Assembly: GCA_963848295.1 (NCBI GenBank)
Contig: CAWKDB010000010.1
Location: forward strand, 1,152,001-1,216,000
From: an uncultured delta proteobacterium
GTDB lineage: Bacteria > Myxococcota_A > Polyangia > Haliangiales > Haliangiaceae
Reading direction: 5' to 3'
Length of the DNA: 64,000 bases
This document shows positions 1-10,818 of this stretch, in pieces. The position numbers and the translations under genes are program-made. Every line of letters starts with the position of its first letter. The first letter of the stretch is position 1. Under the pieces are notes generated by a model. That model worked only from the letters and a program-made list of their open reading frames with translations, searched no databases and was not told the origin of the DNA.

Positions 1-31
1 CGCGGGTGCGGTTCGAGTAACTCGATGAACG

Positions 32-133
32 CAAGGTGACAAAAGAGACAGCGTCCCCAAGACAACTGCAATGATCGCAGGTGGATCGAAGAGTGCGGAC
101 GCGGACCAAGGTGACAAAGGAGACAGCGTCCCC
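32..133. repeat. Doublet of a 27-bp direct repeat (32-58, 107-133), REP-like
   Basis: CAAGGTGACAAA(A/G)GAGACAGCGTCCCC twice, 1 mismatch, 48-nt spacer; related to the doublet at 3147-3238. Confidence 0.85.
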
Positions 134-939
134 TATCGGAGCTGCTCCACGATCGCGCGCGCCACTCGCCGCGAGCCCAGCAGCGCGACGTGGCCGAGGT
201 CGGCGAGCTCGAGGCGCACCGCGCCTGGGACGTCGGCCTGCGTCGAGCTCGGCACGAGCGCATCGGCGTGCGACCAGATCGTGAGGATCTTCGTGTGGGT
301 CGGTGCCGGCGCGGCCGCGAGCCGGATCAGCAGCTTCGAGCCGGTGAGCAGCTCGCGCGCCGGGTGGCCAAGGCCGACCGACGACATCTCGGTGCCGGCG
401 TGCGGCGAGCCGAGCGTGACGAGGTTCGCGACCTTGCCATCGCCGCCGCCGAACGCGACGAGGTAGCGGCCGACGACGCCGCCCATCGAATGACCGATGA
501 TGTCGACCTGGGTCGCGCCGGTCTCGGCGAGCACCTGGTCGACGAACCAGCCGAGCTGGCGCGCGCCGGCGGCGACGCGGCCGAGCGTCCAGTATTCGAA
601 GCCCAGGATCGGCCCGAGCCCGGCGCGCGCGAGGCGACAGGCGAGCGGCAAGAACACCGCGCGGTTCTGGGCGTAGCCGTGGACGACGATGATCGGGCGC
701 GGGCCGACGCCCCCGGGCAGCGGGAACCAACCCGCCGGGCGCAGAGCCGAGGTCGCGATCGCCATCCCCCATTCGGCGAACGCGGCGCGCACCGGATGCT
801 CGATCCCGCGATCCGCCCTTTGCAGCGCGCGCACCGCGTGAGGCAGCAGCGGATAGGCGCCGGTGACCATCAGCGCGTTCGACACGGCGGCCGTCGCGCC
901 ACGCCACAGCATGTGGCGCATCGTGTGGCGGCGCTGCAC
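133..939 (-). CDS. Alpha/beta-fold hydrolase (lipase/esterase family)
   Basis: VVHGY oxyanion motif, GHSMGG nucleophile elbow, TLGSPHAG, late D and GH catalytic residues; start uncertain. Confidence 0.85.
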   Translation of the reverse strand: MQRRHTMRHMLWRGATAAVSNALMVTGAYPLLPHAVRALQRADRGIEHPVRAAFAEWGMAIATSALRPAGWFPLPGGVGPRPIIVVHGYAQNRAVFLPLACRLARAGLGPILGFEYWTLGRVAAGARQLGWFVDQVLAETGATQVDIIGHSMGGVVGRYLVAFGGGDGKVANLVTLGSPHAGTEMSSVGLGHPARELLTGSKLLIRLAAAPAPTHTKILTIWSHADALVPSSTQADVPGAVRLELADLGHVALLGSRRVARAIVEQLR

Positions 940-945
940 GCGCGA

Positions 946-1314
946 CTACAGCTCGATGCCGGGGACGTCGGCTTCGATCTCGACCGCGATATCTTTCGGA
1001 ATGCCGAGGAGCGTCTGCAACCGATCGAGCATCTTGCGCTCGCTATGCGCGAACACGTGATCGACGACCGCCATCCGGCACGCCGCGCGGTAGATGCCGC
1101 GGCGTGACTCCGGGTTGAGCGTCGACAGCGCGATGTCGGGCAACTCGACCTTGCCGTCGAGCAAGTGGGTCGCGGTGCTGCGCTCGTCGGGGGTCAGCTC
1201 GGCGCCGCGGATCAGCCGGCGCATGCCATCGGCTTCAGCCTCGGCGAGCACGCCGTCGGCCCACGCGACGGCCGCCCATACCCGGATGACGTTCAGAACC
1301 TGCGACTCGGCCAT
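946..1314 (-). CDS. TerB-like / tellurite-resistance-fold protein
   Basis: AVAWADG..AEAE and MAVVD....ERKML...LGI repeats typical of the TerB fold. Confidence 0.7.
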   Translation of the reverse strand: MAESQVLNVIRVWAAVAWADGVLAEAEADGMRRLIRGAELTPDERSTATHLLDGKVELPDIALSTLNPESRRGIYRAACRMAVVDHVFAHSERKMLDRLQTLLGIPKDIAVEIEADVPGIEL

Positions 1315-1344
1315 GCGTCGACGATACGGCGCGCACCGCGTCGA

Positions 1345-1659
1345 TTACAAGCGCAGCTCGAGCCCGATCCGCTCGCGGACGAGCTTCACCACGGTCGCCC
1401 GGAGCTCGTCGCCGGACTTGGCGGCGCGCCAGTTGGCTCCGTCGGGATCGAAGTGCCAGGCCGAGGAGATCGCCGCCATCCAGATCTGGCGCGCAGCGCG
1501 GTGGCTGTTGATCACGATGCGGGTGCCGTCGCGCAGGTCGAGCCGGAGCACGCCGTCGCTGGTCGACACCTCGACGTCATCGGGATCGAGATCGGAGAGC
1601 GCGTCCTCGAGGTGGCGCAGCTCGGCGCGCGCAGCTTCGTCGAAAGTCGCTTCGTCCAT
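1345..1659 (-). CDS. cyaY: Iron donor protein CyaY (frataxin)
   Basis: 104 aa, acidic N-helix, DGVL.L, IVIN......QIW.A.....HF signature. Confidence 0.9.
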   Translation of the reverse strand: MDEATFDEAARAELRHLEDALSDLDPDDVEVSTSDGVLRLDLRDGTRIVINSHRAARQIWMAAISSAWHFDPDGANWRAAKSGDELRATVVKLVRERIGLELRL

Positions 1660-1695
1660 GGGCGTGTGTATACCCCACTACGCTACGATGAGAAC

Positions 1696-3144
1696 GTGGG
1701 GACGTCCGACGACGATGAGCCCGAGGTAGAGATCCTGGAGGTCCACGACGGTCGCGAGACGTTGTTGCCGTCGCTCACCCGGTCCGTGCTGTCCGGGACG
1801 AAGAGCCGGGGGGGTAGCGAGACGCCGGCACCGACCGCGGCGACGCCGCACTCCGCCGACCGACCGCGTGGGGCGCGCACCGGCGATGTCGTCGGCGGCC
1901 GGTATGTTGTCGACGGCCAGCTCGGGCGCGGCGGCATGGGTCGCGTGCTGCGCGTCCGCCATCAGGCGCTCGGCAAGCCGTTCGCGTTGAAGCTGATCAA
2001 GAGCGCGATCGCGACGAACCCCAAGATCCGCGAGCTGTTCTATCGCGAGGCGCGGCTCGCGTCATCGCTGACCCACGAGAACATCTGCTCGATCGTCGAC
2101 TTCGGCCAAGACGACGTGTTCGGGCTGTTCATGGTGATGGAGCTGCTCGAAGGCAACACCGTGCACCACAAGTTGCGGTTCGGCGGTCGGTTGCCGCCGA
2201 AGGTCGCTTGCGACGTGATGTGGCAAGTCGCCGACGCGCTGCGGTTCATTCACGGCCGCCAGATCCTGCACGGCGACATCAAGACCGAGAACATCTTCTT
2301 GGTGAAGAGCACGGTGCAACGCCGGCTCGTCAAGCTGCTCGACTTCGGCTTGGCGCGCGCGGATCTCGGCCGGGACGACCTGCTCGACGGCACGCCGGAG
2401 TACCTCGCACCCGAGCGCATCGCGGGTGCGCCCGCGTCTCAGGCGAGCGACATCTACGCGCTCGGCATCGTGTTCTTCGAGCTCCTGACCGCGACCCAGC
2501 CGTTCCACGGCGACTACGAATCGGTGTTGCAGCAGCAGCGCAACGTGCCGGTGCCGGCGCCCAGCAAGCTGCTCGACGAGCCGCTCGACGATCGCGCCGA
2601 CCAGATCGTCGCGCGCGCGACGGCGAAGGATCCGGCGCAGCGCCATCCCGACATGGCAGCGTTCATGTACGAGCTGCGCACGCTGATGGGGATGCTCGGC
2701 ATCGACGTCGGCTCTCGCCCGAGTCGGCCGCGCCGCGCGCTCGCCGCCGAGAGCGCGCGCTTCCGCCGCGAGCTCGATCACGTCGGCAAAGCCGCGGCCG
2801 AGGTGTTCGCCGCGGCGCCCCTGCCGATGGCGTCGTGCAGCGTCGCCGGCCGAGTGCGCGCCGCGAACGCCGCGTTTCGCGAATTCCTCGGCGTCGCGGA
2901 CAGCGCGGGCGACGGGCTCGATCTCAGCGATACCGCGTTGCCCGAGGTTTACCCGACGCTGCTCGCCGATCTCGCGGAGGTCGGCGCGAAGCGGCTGCCG
3001 GTCAAGCGCGTGCTCTACCTCAACGAAGGCGGCGATCACGTCGTCGAAGCCGCCGTCGTGTTGTCACCGGCGCCGGCGAGCGCCGACGCGACGGCCGGCG
3101 AGGTTCACATAGTGATCCACCCGCTCCGCTCGGTGGCCAGCTAG
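1696..3144 (+). CDS. Ser/Thr protein kinase with C-terminal PAS-like domain
   Basis: GRGGMG, ALK, HGDIKTEN, DFG, GTPEYLAPE, SDIYALG; C-terminal 'FAAAPLPMA...GRVRAANAAFREFLG' PAS-like; GTG 1696 chosen because the longer ORF overlaps cyaY and TACGAT lies 6 nt upstream. Confidence 0.9.
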   Translation: MGTSDDDEPEVEILEVHDGRETLLPSLTRSVLSGTKSRGGSETPAPTAATPHSADRPRGARTGDVVGGRYVVDGQLGRGGMGRVLRVRHQALGKPFALKLIKSAIATNPKIRELFYREARLASSLTHENICSIVDFGQDDVFGLFMVMELLEGNTVHHKLRFGGRLPPKVACDVMWQVADALRFIHGRQILHGDIKTENIFLVKSTVQRRLVKLLDFGLARADLGRDDLLDGTPEYLAPERIAGAPASQASDIYALGIVFFELLTATQPFHGDYESVLQQQRNVPVPAPSKLLDEPLDDRADQIVARATAKDPAQRHPDMAAFMYELRTLMGMLGIDVGSRPSRPRRALAAESARFRRELDHVGKAAAEVFAAAPLPMASCSVAGRVRAANAAFREFLGVADSAGDGLDLSDTALPEVYPTLLADLAEVGAKRLPVKRVLYLNEGGDHVVEAAVVLSPAPASADATAGEVHIVIHPLRSVAS

Positions 3145-3146
3145 GT

Positions 3147-3238
3147 CCGGTTGTCAAAGTGAACACCGTCCCCAGCTAAGCATCGAGATCTATTCAGGGC
3201 CGGCGAGCCGGTCGGTTGACAAAGCGAACACCGTCCCC
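3147..3238. repeat. Second doublet of the 27-bp repeat (3147-3173, 3212-3238)
   Basis: CGGTTG(T/A)CAAAG(T/C)GAACACCGTCCCC twice with a 38-nt spacer, between convergent genes. Confidence 0.85.
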
Positions 3239-4714
3239 CTAGAGGCCGGCGAGCCGTTCGGGGCGGAGGAGCATGCCTTCGACGCCATCGATGGTCACGA
3301 TCTCGGCGAGCGCCGAGGGCGGGGTCGCGACGAGCCGGCGGGCATCGACGGGGTTCGGCCGGCCGCCGCAGGCGATGCCGAGCTCGAGCTGGTCGCTCGC
3401 GAACCACCACAGCGAGGTCGAGATGCTGTTGCTCGGCGCCATCCCGAGCGCCGCGGCGAGGTCGACGATCATCGGCATCGCCGCCGGCCGATCGAGCAGC
3501 CGCCAGCCGGCGCCGAGCACGACCGGAAACCGCAAGCCCGGCGCGCGCAACGCATGACCGCGCGCGGCGAGCGGCGCCACCGGCAACGAGACCGTCCACG
3601 TCGTGCCACGTCCGTCCTCGGAACGCGCGGTCAGCGAGCCTCCGAGATCGACGGCACTACCGCGCACGACATCGAGCCCGACTCCGCGCCCCGAAACCTC
3701 GTTGACCTGGCTGCGGGTCGAGAACCCGGGGTGGCACATCAGCTCGACGAGCCGCTCGCGGGTCAGTTGTGCTCCCTCCGGCGCAAGGCCGAGCTCGATG
3801 GCCCGATGGTGCACGCGTTCGAAGTCGATGCCACTGCCGTCGTCATCGACGGTCAGCGTGTAGGTGCCGTCGCGCAGGCCGCCGTGCAGCCGGATCGTGC
3901 CGGTCGCCGGTTTGCCAGCCGCGACCCGCGCCGCGGGTGACTCGATGCCGTGATCGACCGCGTTGCGCACCAGGTGGAGCGTCGCGACATCGACCGCCGC
4001 GAGCACTTCGATCGTGACCTCGGCGGTGACGAGCTCGAACCTGAGGTCGATCTGCTTGCCGAGCTCGCGCGCGAGCGTCTTGACGCTGGGCTCGTACTTG
4101 CCGAGTTGCGCCGCGCTCAGGACCGCCCGCTGGATCCCGATCAGATCGCGCAGCATGTGCCACGACGAGCGCAATCGATCGCGCCGCACGCCGCGCGCGA
4201 CGGCGTATTCGAGGAACGCATCGACCGCGGCGGTGCCGAGCTGCTCGCGCAGTGCGCTCGTCACCCTCGCGTTCGACATCGTGCGGAGCAACGGCGGCAC
4301 GCTGCCGGTGCGCGGCCGACCGGCGTGCTCGTGGCGCTTGAGGATCGCCTCGATCTGGGCCACGAACCCGGCAATGTCGACGCCGACGGCGCTCCCCGCG
4401 GTCTTCGGCTTGCGCACGAGCATCGCGACGAAGCGCAGCGCCATGTTGACCGCGAGATCGAAGTCGCCGTCGACCGCGTAGCCCCGAGCGCGTGCGACGT
4501 CGAGCAGATCCTCGAGCTTGTGGAGGATGAGATTCACGTCGGTGAACCCGACGACGCCCGACTCGCCCTTGAGCGTGTGGACCTCGCGATGGACGAGCGA
4601 GGCCGCATCCTCGTCGAGATGCGCGAGCAAGCTCGCCCACGCCTGCTCGACTCGCCCGACGCGTTCGAGCGCGATCCGCCGGAACTCCACCACGATGTCC
4701 TCGGGCACGCCCAT
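3239..4714 (-). CDS. CheA-like histidine kinase (Hpt + HATPase + degenerate CheW-like C-terminus)
   Basis: HREVHTLKGES Hpt motif, HLVRNAVDHGIE, DDDGSGID, PGFST...VSGRGVGLDVV. Confidence 0.88.
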   Translation of the reverse strand: MGVPEDIVVEFRRIALERVGRVEQAWASLLAHLDEDAASLVHREVHTLKGESGVVGFTDVNLILHKLEDLLDVARARGYAVDGDFDLAVNMALRFVAMLVRKPKTAGSAVGVDIAGFVAQIEAILKRHEHAGRPRTGSVPPLLRTMSNARVTSALREQLGTAAVDAFLEYAVARGVRRDRLRSSWHMLRDLIGIQRAVLSAAQLGKYEPSVKTLARELGKQIDLRFELVTAEVTIEVLAAVDVATLHLVRNAVDHGIESPAARVAAGKPATGTIRLHGGLRDGTYTLTVDDDGSGIDFERVHHRAIELGLAPEGAQLTRERLVELMCHPGFSTRSQVNEVSGRGVGLDVVRGSAVDLGGSLTARSEDGRGTTWTVSLPVAPLAARGHALRAPGLRFPVVLGAGWRLLDRPAAMPMIVDLAAALGMAPSNSISTSLWWFASDQLELGIACGGRPNPVDARRLVATPPSALAEIVTIDGVEGMLLRPERLAGL

Positions 4715-4715
4715 G

Positions 4716-5096
4716 TCAGCTCTCGATCGTCACCAGGTCGGTATCGAAACAACTCAGCGCGTGCAGCGTGTGTTGCTGCCAGGCGATCTTAGGGTTGCCG
4801 CGCAGCCGCAGGCGATAGCGAGCGTCCGCGGGCAGCTCTTGCAGCCGCGCGATCCATACGACGAGCTGGGTGAAGCACGGCGTCGCCATCGCATCGAGCG
4901 CGTGCAGGTCGACGATGATCGAGTCGGCGCCGCGGTCGACCATCTCGCCGTGGATGGTGTCGAGCAACTCGGACAACGCCGTGGCTGCCGCCGCGTCGGC
5001 GGTGCCGGCGAGCCGCACGATCGCGCCATCGCGGTAATCGACGTCGACCAGCAGGTCGGGCTCGTCGACATCAGGGACGCGCAACCGCAGCACCAT
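4716..5096 (-). CDS. STAS-like / Slr1659-like small regulator
   Basis: 'IIVDLHALDAMATPCF..LVVWI' and C-terminal 'WQQHTLHAL' resemble the Slr1659/STAS pattern; stop is 1 nt before the CheA-like ATG. Confidence 0.6.
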   Translation of the reverse strand: MVLRLRVPDVDEPDLLVDVDYRDGAIVRLAGTADAAAATALSELLDTIHGEMVDRGADSIIVDLHALDAMATPCFTQLVVWIARLQELPADARYRLRLRGNPKIAWQQHTLHALSCFDTDLVTIES

Positions 5097-5154
5097 CGCG
5101 CGCGAGTATAGCCCCGAGCGCACGTTCGGCGCGCTCGGCGAGGTGCGGATCGCT

Positions 5155-6588
5155 CTAGAAGCCGAGCGCGAGGCCGAGGCTGAGGTCGGCGGTGAGGCCG
5201 CTGTTGAGCACCGAGGTGCCGACCGAGCTCGTGACGGCGATGCCGGCGATCACCGAGAAATCCGCGACGAACGCGAGCACGCTGTTGAGCTTCTTCATGT
5301 AGCCGACGCCGCCGCCGATCAACAGCGGGCCCTGCGCGACGATATCGGTGTCCATGCCACCGCCCTGAGCCTGCAACTTGATCGTGTTGCGGATGATGCC
5401 GGCGCCGAGCTGGCCCATCACGCGCAGACCTTCGCCGCCGGGGGCAAGCGAGTAGCGCAAGCGCAACAGGCCCGCGGGCGCGAGCGTGGCATGACCGTCG
5501 ACGTTCGCATCGACCGGGAAGCCGAGGCGGCCGGCGGCCCCGACCGCGATCTTCGGCGTGACGTAGACGTCGAGCTCCGGCATCACGACGACGAGGCTGT
5601 TGCCGATGCAGCAGCTGCTCACCATGTTGCCGCCCTCGGTCGACCCGGTGACGTAGCCAAAGCCGGTGCCGCCGGCCAGGATGATCTGGACGCGCGTCGG
5701 CTTCTTCGGGCCGACCACGACGCCGCCGCCGACGCCGCCGACGTTATCGCCGCCACCCGATGCCGCGCCTGCGGTACCGAGCGGGTTCTCGCCGTCGCCT
5801 TTGACCGGCGGGCCACCCGCGGTGAGCTCCATGATGTTCGGCGATCCGGCCGAGCCCTTGTCGACGATCACCTTGCCGGCCGCGTCGTAGGCGGCGACAT
5901 AGTAGTGGACGAGCGAACCGTGCATCGCCGACGCCGGGATCTGGCCGACGTACTTGCACTCGCCCGACTTCGTGAGCTTGGACTCGGTGAACTCGGTCGC
6001 GCCTTCCGGCCGGTACATGACCGACACCTTCGCGGCGTTCACCCTCGGCTCGAGCTCGGCTTCGATCGCTTGAGGCGCGCCGCCCGGTGCGGTGTCGATC
6101 AACTCGTGCTGCAGCCCCTTGACCGACTTGCAGTCGACCGCCGGGCCGGTATCGACCGGTGTGCCCCCCGATGGCGGCGCGACGCCCGGGCCTGCTTCAG
6201 CGCGAGCCTCGTCGAGCAGCTTCGCGGTCTCCGCCGATTTGTACGCCGCGTCGAGCTGGATCTTCGGCTCGATCTGAACCGCCGACAGGAACGAGACCTT
6301 CGCGCCCTCGGCATCCGGCACCGCGGCGAGCACGATGCCCAAGTCGAGGTACGCGCGCGCGACGACCGGATCCTTGTCGAGCTTCGCCTTCTTCGCGTTC
6401 GCGACCGCTTGGTTGAGCAGCTTCTTCGCCGCGTCGTAGTCCATCAGGTCGTAGCTCTCCATCGCCTCCTTGATCTTCGTTTGAACATCACCCTTTGGAT
6501 CGGCGTGAGCCGTTCCGAGGCTCCAACCAAGGCCGACGAAGATCGCAGCGGACGCGACGAGACTGCGGGAACCCATGCTGGAGTTCAT
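5155..6588 (-). CDS. Secreted protein: TPR N-terminus, Ig-like middle, probable outer-membrane beta-barrel C-terminus
   Basis: Signal peptide (..TAHA|D), TPR-like helices, alternating beta strands ending in LGLALGF (BAM-type terminal Phe). Confidence 0.65.
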   Translation of the reverse strand: MNSSMGSRSLVASAAIFVGLGWSLGTAHADPKGDVQTKIKEAMESYDLMDYDAAKKLLNQAVANAKKAKLDKDPVVARAYLDLGIVLAAVPDAEGAKVSFLSAVQIEPKIQLDAAYKSAETAKLLDEARAEAGPGVAPPSGGTPVDTGPAVDCKSVKGLQHELIDTAPGGAPQAIEAELEPRVNAAKVSVMYRPEGATEFTESKLTKSGECKYVGQIPASAMHGSLVHYYVAAYDAAGKVIVDKGSAGSPNIMELTAGGPPVKGDGENPLGTAGAASGGGDNVGGVGGGVVVGPKKPTRVQIILAGGTGFGYVTGSTEGGNMVSSCCIGNSLVVVMPELDVYVTPKIAVGAAGRLGFPVDANVDGHATLAPAGLLRLRYSLAPGGEGLRVMGQLGAGIIRNTIKLQAQGGGMDTDIVAQGPLLIGGGVGYMKKLNSVLAFVADFSVIAGIAVTSSVGTSVLNSGLTADLSLGLALGF

Positions 6589-6700
6589 AACAAAGAAATG
6601 TGCTCCGCGATCAGGTTTCGGGAGGGACCCGTAACTTAGGGAAAGCAACCCGGATTACGAGCCGGCTGGTTGACAGGCTGCGGTATTCGCGGGGCGTGTC

Positions 6701-7737
<1,037 letters not shown>

Positions 7738-7741
<4 letters not shown>

Positions 7742-8124
7742 TGGCCGTCCTTCGCCGGTGCGATCGGCTTGGCCGCGGCTTTCGCCGTGCCGAGATCGTC
7801 GAGGTACGGTCGCTTGCTCGGATCCTTGGCGAACTCCTCGGCCTCGGCGGTCGCCTTCTCGGCCGCCTCCGACGAGAGTCGGCCGAACCGGTTCGCGCCC
7901 TGGAAATCCGCGTGACCCGCGACCTCGCGCGCCATGTGCAGAAACGTCACCGCTCGGGTCCAGTAGTACGGGCTGAGCGTGTCGGCATGGGCTGCACGCG
8001 CATCGTCGACCGCGCGCGACGCGTGGCGCGTCACCTCGGTGACATACGCGATCGGCCCGCACGCGGTCAGGCACGACGCGGTCAACACGACGACGAGCAC
8101 CGAACGGCGCATCGGCTGCATCAT
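7738..8124 (-). CDS. DUF4398-like lipoprotein
   Basis: Lipobox LTAC, Ala-rich helices, 'A...SPYY..RA..FL..ARE'; paired with the OmpA gene. Confidence 0.7.
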
Positions 8125-8127
8125 ATA

Positions 8128-8673
8128 TCACCTCGCGCGGACGCGTCGGCCATCCCGGCCCAGCTCGATCGCGACGTAGATCGCCGAGCCGAACAGGGCG
8201 AGCAGCGAGACGACGTACGCCCAGCCGAGCTGGACGTCGAACAGCGACGCGCCTTGATGCGTCGAGTAACCGTAGTAGTCGGCCGCGGTGCCGAGCCGGT
8301 TCATGCCGCCGACGATCAGCACGATCAGCGCGAGCGCGATCGCGCCCGTCGCATAGCCGAGCGCCCCGTTCAGGCCCTTGCGGATGAGCAGGCCCGCGAC
8401 GTACCAGGCCCCGACCACGAGCCCGGCATGGCCGACCATCAACGGCAGGACCGCGACCCCGGCGAGCTTCTTCGGGTCGAACCAGTACATCCACGCCCAC
8501 GCCGGATGGACCGCGTAGAAGTACAGCGCGACCGGCGCGACGACCGCGGCCGCGTGCATCGCGACGAGCGGAAACGCCGGCGTCGCAAACGGACCGTCGG
8601 CCTTGATCCGATCGCGCGCGGTGAACGCGAACCCGATCCCGAACAGCACGTTGACGAACGCGATGACCAACAA
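8128..8673 (-). CDS. Hypothetical integral membrane protein
   Basis: About 5 hydrophobic segments; HPAWAWMY motif; in-line with neighbouring genes. Confidence 0.7.
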   Translation of the reverse strand: MLVIAFVNVLFGIGFAFTARDRIKADGPFATPAFPLVAMHAAAVVAPVALYFYAVHPAWAWMYWFDPKKLAGVAVLPLMVGHAGLVVGAWYVAGLLIRKGLNGALGYATGAIALALIVLIVGGMNRLGTAADYYGYSTHQGASLFDVQLGWAYVVSLLALFGSAIYVAIELGRDGRRVRAR

Positions 8674-8691
8674 GGCGCGGCTATCTTAACG

Positions 8692-10451
8692 CTAGCGACG
8701 CTCGATCGGAGGCGTGCGGCTGCCGGTGTCCGGATCCGCGGCTTCGGGTGGACCGATGATCGGCCCGGAGCCCTCGAGATCGATCTTCGGCGTCCGAGCA
8801 TCGGCCGAGCTGTCGTCGCGCGAGCCGGGGCGGGTTCGGACCGGCGTTGGCGTCGGCGCCGGGGTCGGGACATCGATCTCACCAGCGACGAACTTGTTCT
8901 CGCTCGCGCCGCCGAGCGGCGGCGCCAACGCGACGACGACGCCCTCGATCGGCGTGCCATCGTCGCCCGCTTCGTCGTCGAGCTCGCGCACGACGTTCGT
9001 GATGCTGGCGCCGCCCCAGTCCTCGTGCACGGGCGGCGGGGCGTGCCCGGCTGGCCACGCGCTCGCGCCCGGCGGAACGGCCTCGCGCTCGCTCGTATCG
9101 TCCGATTGCGACGGCGGCGGCGCGTTGACCGCCGCGGAGCTCGTGTTGTCGAGCGAGGACAACGCCTCCTCGAGCGCCGAGTTGCCCATCCGCGCGAGCC
9201 CGAGATCGCTCGATGGTGGACGCGGCGGCTCCTCGAACACGGTCGCCTCGAATTCGTCGTCGGACAGCATCTCGAGCTTCGCCGGCTCGGGCGTCGTCGG
9301 CGCGAACTGACCGGCGAACCGCTTCGCGAGCTCGGCATACGCATCGCGCACCGCTCGGCGGGCACCGCTCGCGGTGTGATCGCGACGGACGCGCTCGTAC
9401 GCGGCAGCCGCCAAGTGATCGCGCAGCGCGGGCTCGCCGAGCAGCCGCAACACCTTGCGCGCGAGGTCGAACGGATCGCCGGGCTCGAACAGCAGCGCGT
9501 CGCGATTGTTGTCTGCGATCATCGCGATGGTCTCGCGCCGCGGAGCGACGACCGCGCGCCGGCACGCCATGTACTCGAGCACCTTCGTCGGGTAGACCGC
9601 GCTCTCGGGATCGCGCGAGGTCTTGCGCCGACGGCACGACGCACACGGTCGCGCTCGCGATCAACGCCGGCATCTGGTCGTGATCGACCGCGCCGATCAG
9701 CTCGACCTTGTCGGTCAGCCCGAGCTCGCGAATGCCCTCGCGCAACGGCGGTTCGAACTTCGGAGCGATGGGCCCTGCGAGCACGAGCCGCGCATCGGTC
9801 TCGCGCACGATCTCGGCGAGGGCTCGCACCAGGACGCGCACGCCGCGGCCCGGATCGATCGCGCCGACGTAGAGGATCTTCGGCGGACCGCTGGCGGGCG
9901 GCGCATCCCAATCGAACCGATCGATATCGACGCCGAGCGGCGACAGGAACACGCGCTCCGATCGACCGCGGCCCTTCAGCGCCTTGACCGCGGCCAGCGT
10001 CGGCGCGAGCACGAGGTCGGCGGCCAGCACACACGCGTCCTCGTCGCGCGTGTACTGCGCATCGAGCTCGGGATCCGCGCCGGCTTCGCCGAGCGGTGAT
10101 CGCGCGAGATCGTAGACCACCGCGTAGCCGAACCGCGGCTTGGCCTCGAGCACGGTCATCCCGCTCCAGCTGTCGCGGCAATGGATGACGTCGTAGTCGG
10201 CGCCGTCGAGCTGGCGGCGGAGCGCGCGCTGGAACGCTTGAATCTGCGTCCGCCGATCCGCTTCGTGCGTCGGGCACGCGCAGCACCCGCACCGATCCTT
10301 GGCGCTCGACGTAGCCCTGATCGCCCTCGCGCACCACGAGTAGATCGACGCCGTGCTGCGGGGTCAGCGCGCGAATGACATGACGGAGCTGAACGCCCGC
10401 ACGCCGCGGCCCTGGTACGGCGCAAAAACCCGTGAGCAGCACTCGGGGCAT
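8692..10451 (-). CDS. GT4-family glycosyltransferase with acidic low-complexity tail; two frameshifts (~10272, ~9612)
   Basis: SD GGAGG before ATG 10451; ILYVG, P.KVLEYMAC, LFEPGD..DLA motifs spread across three frames, each rejoined by removing one base. Confidence 0.85.
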
Positions 10452-10538
10452 TGCGCCTCCATCGTCGGGCACTTCAAGAAATCACGCAAGGACGTCGTTA
10501 CCTTGATCCAGATCGACGGGTGCTGTATCTCCCTTCCC

Positions 10539-10793
10539 GTGAATCGGCTGATCGACTATCTGCGGCAACACGTGATGATCGACTTCCAGGGTGAGCTGAC
10601 GGTGGCGAAGGTCCGGGAGCTCCTTGCAGGTGATGACAGCCGCGACGCGAAGCAATTGTTGTCGAAGTTGGTGGCGGAACGCAGTGTGGAAGACATGATG
10701 CTCGTGCTCGCGGACTGCTTGCTCGAGCCTGTCCAGACCGCCCTCACCGACGACGTCATGCGCGAGCAACTGCGCATGTACACCGAATCCTGA
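10539..10793 (+). CDS. Small conserved-looking helical hypothetical protein (84 aa)
   Basis: Protein-like composition and codon usage; GTG start avoids overlap with the GT4 gene. Confidence 0.65.
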   Translation: MNRLIDYLRQHVMIDFQGELTVAKVRELLAGDDSRDAKQLLSKLVAERSVEDMMLVLADCLLEPVQTALTDDVMREQLRMYTES

Positions 10794-10818
10794 CAGGGTC
10801 GATCGCGTGGGCTGGGGC

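Noticed and set aside
32..3238. CRISPR array from the 27-bp repeats
   Set aside because: Only two units per locus, loci differ in sequence, no cas genes or AT-rich leader in the window; cannot exclude more units left of position 1.
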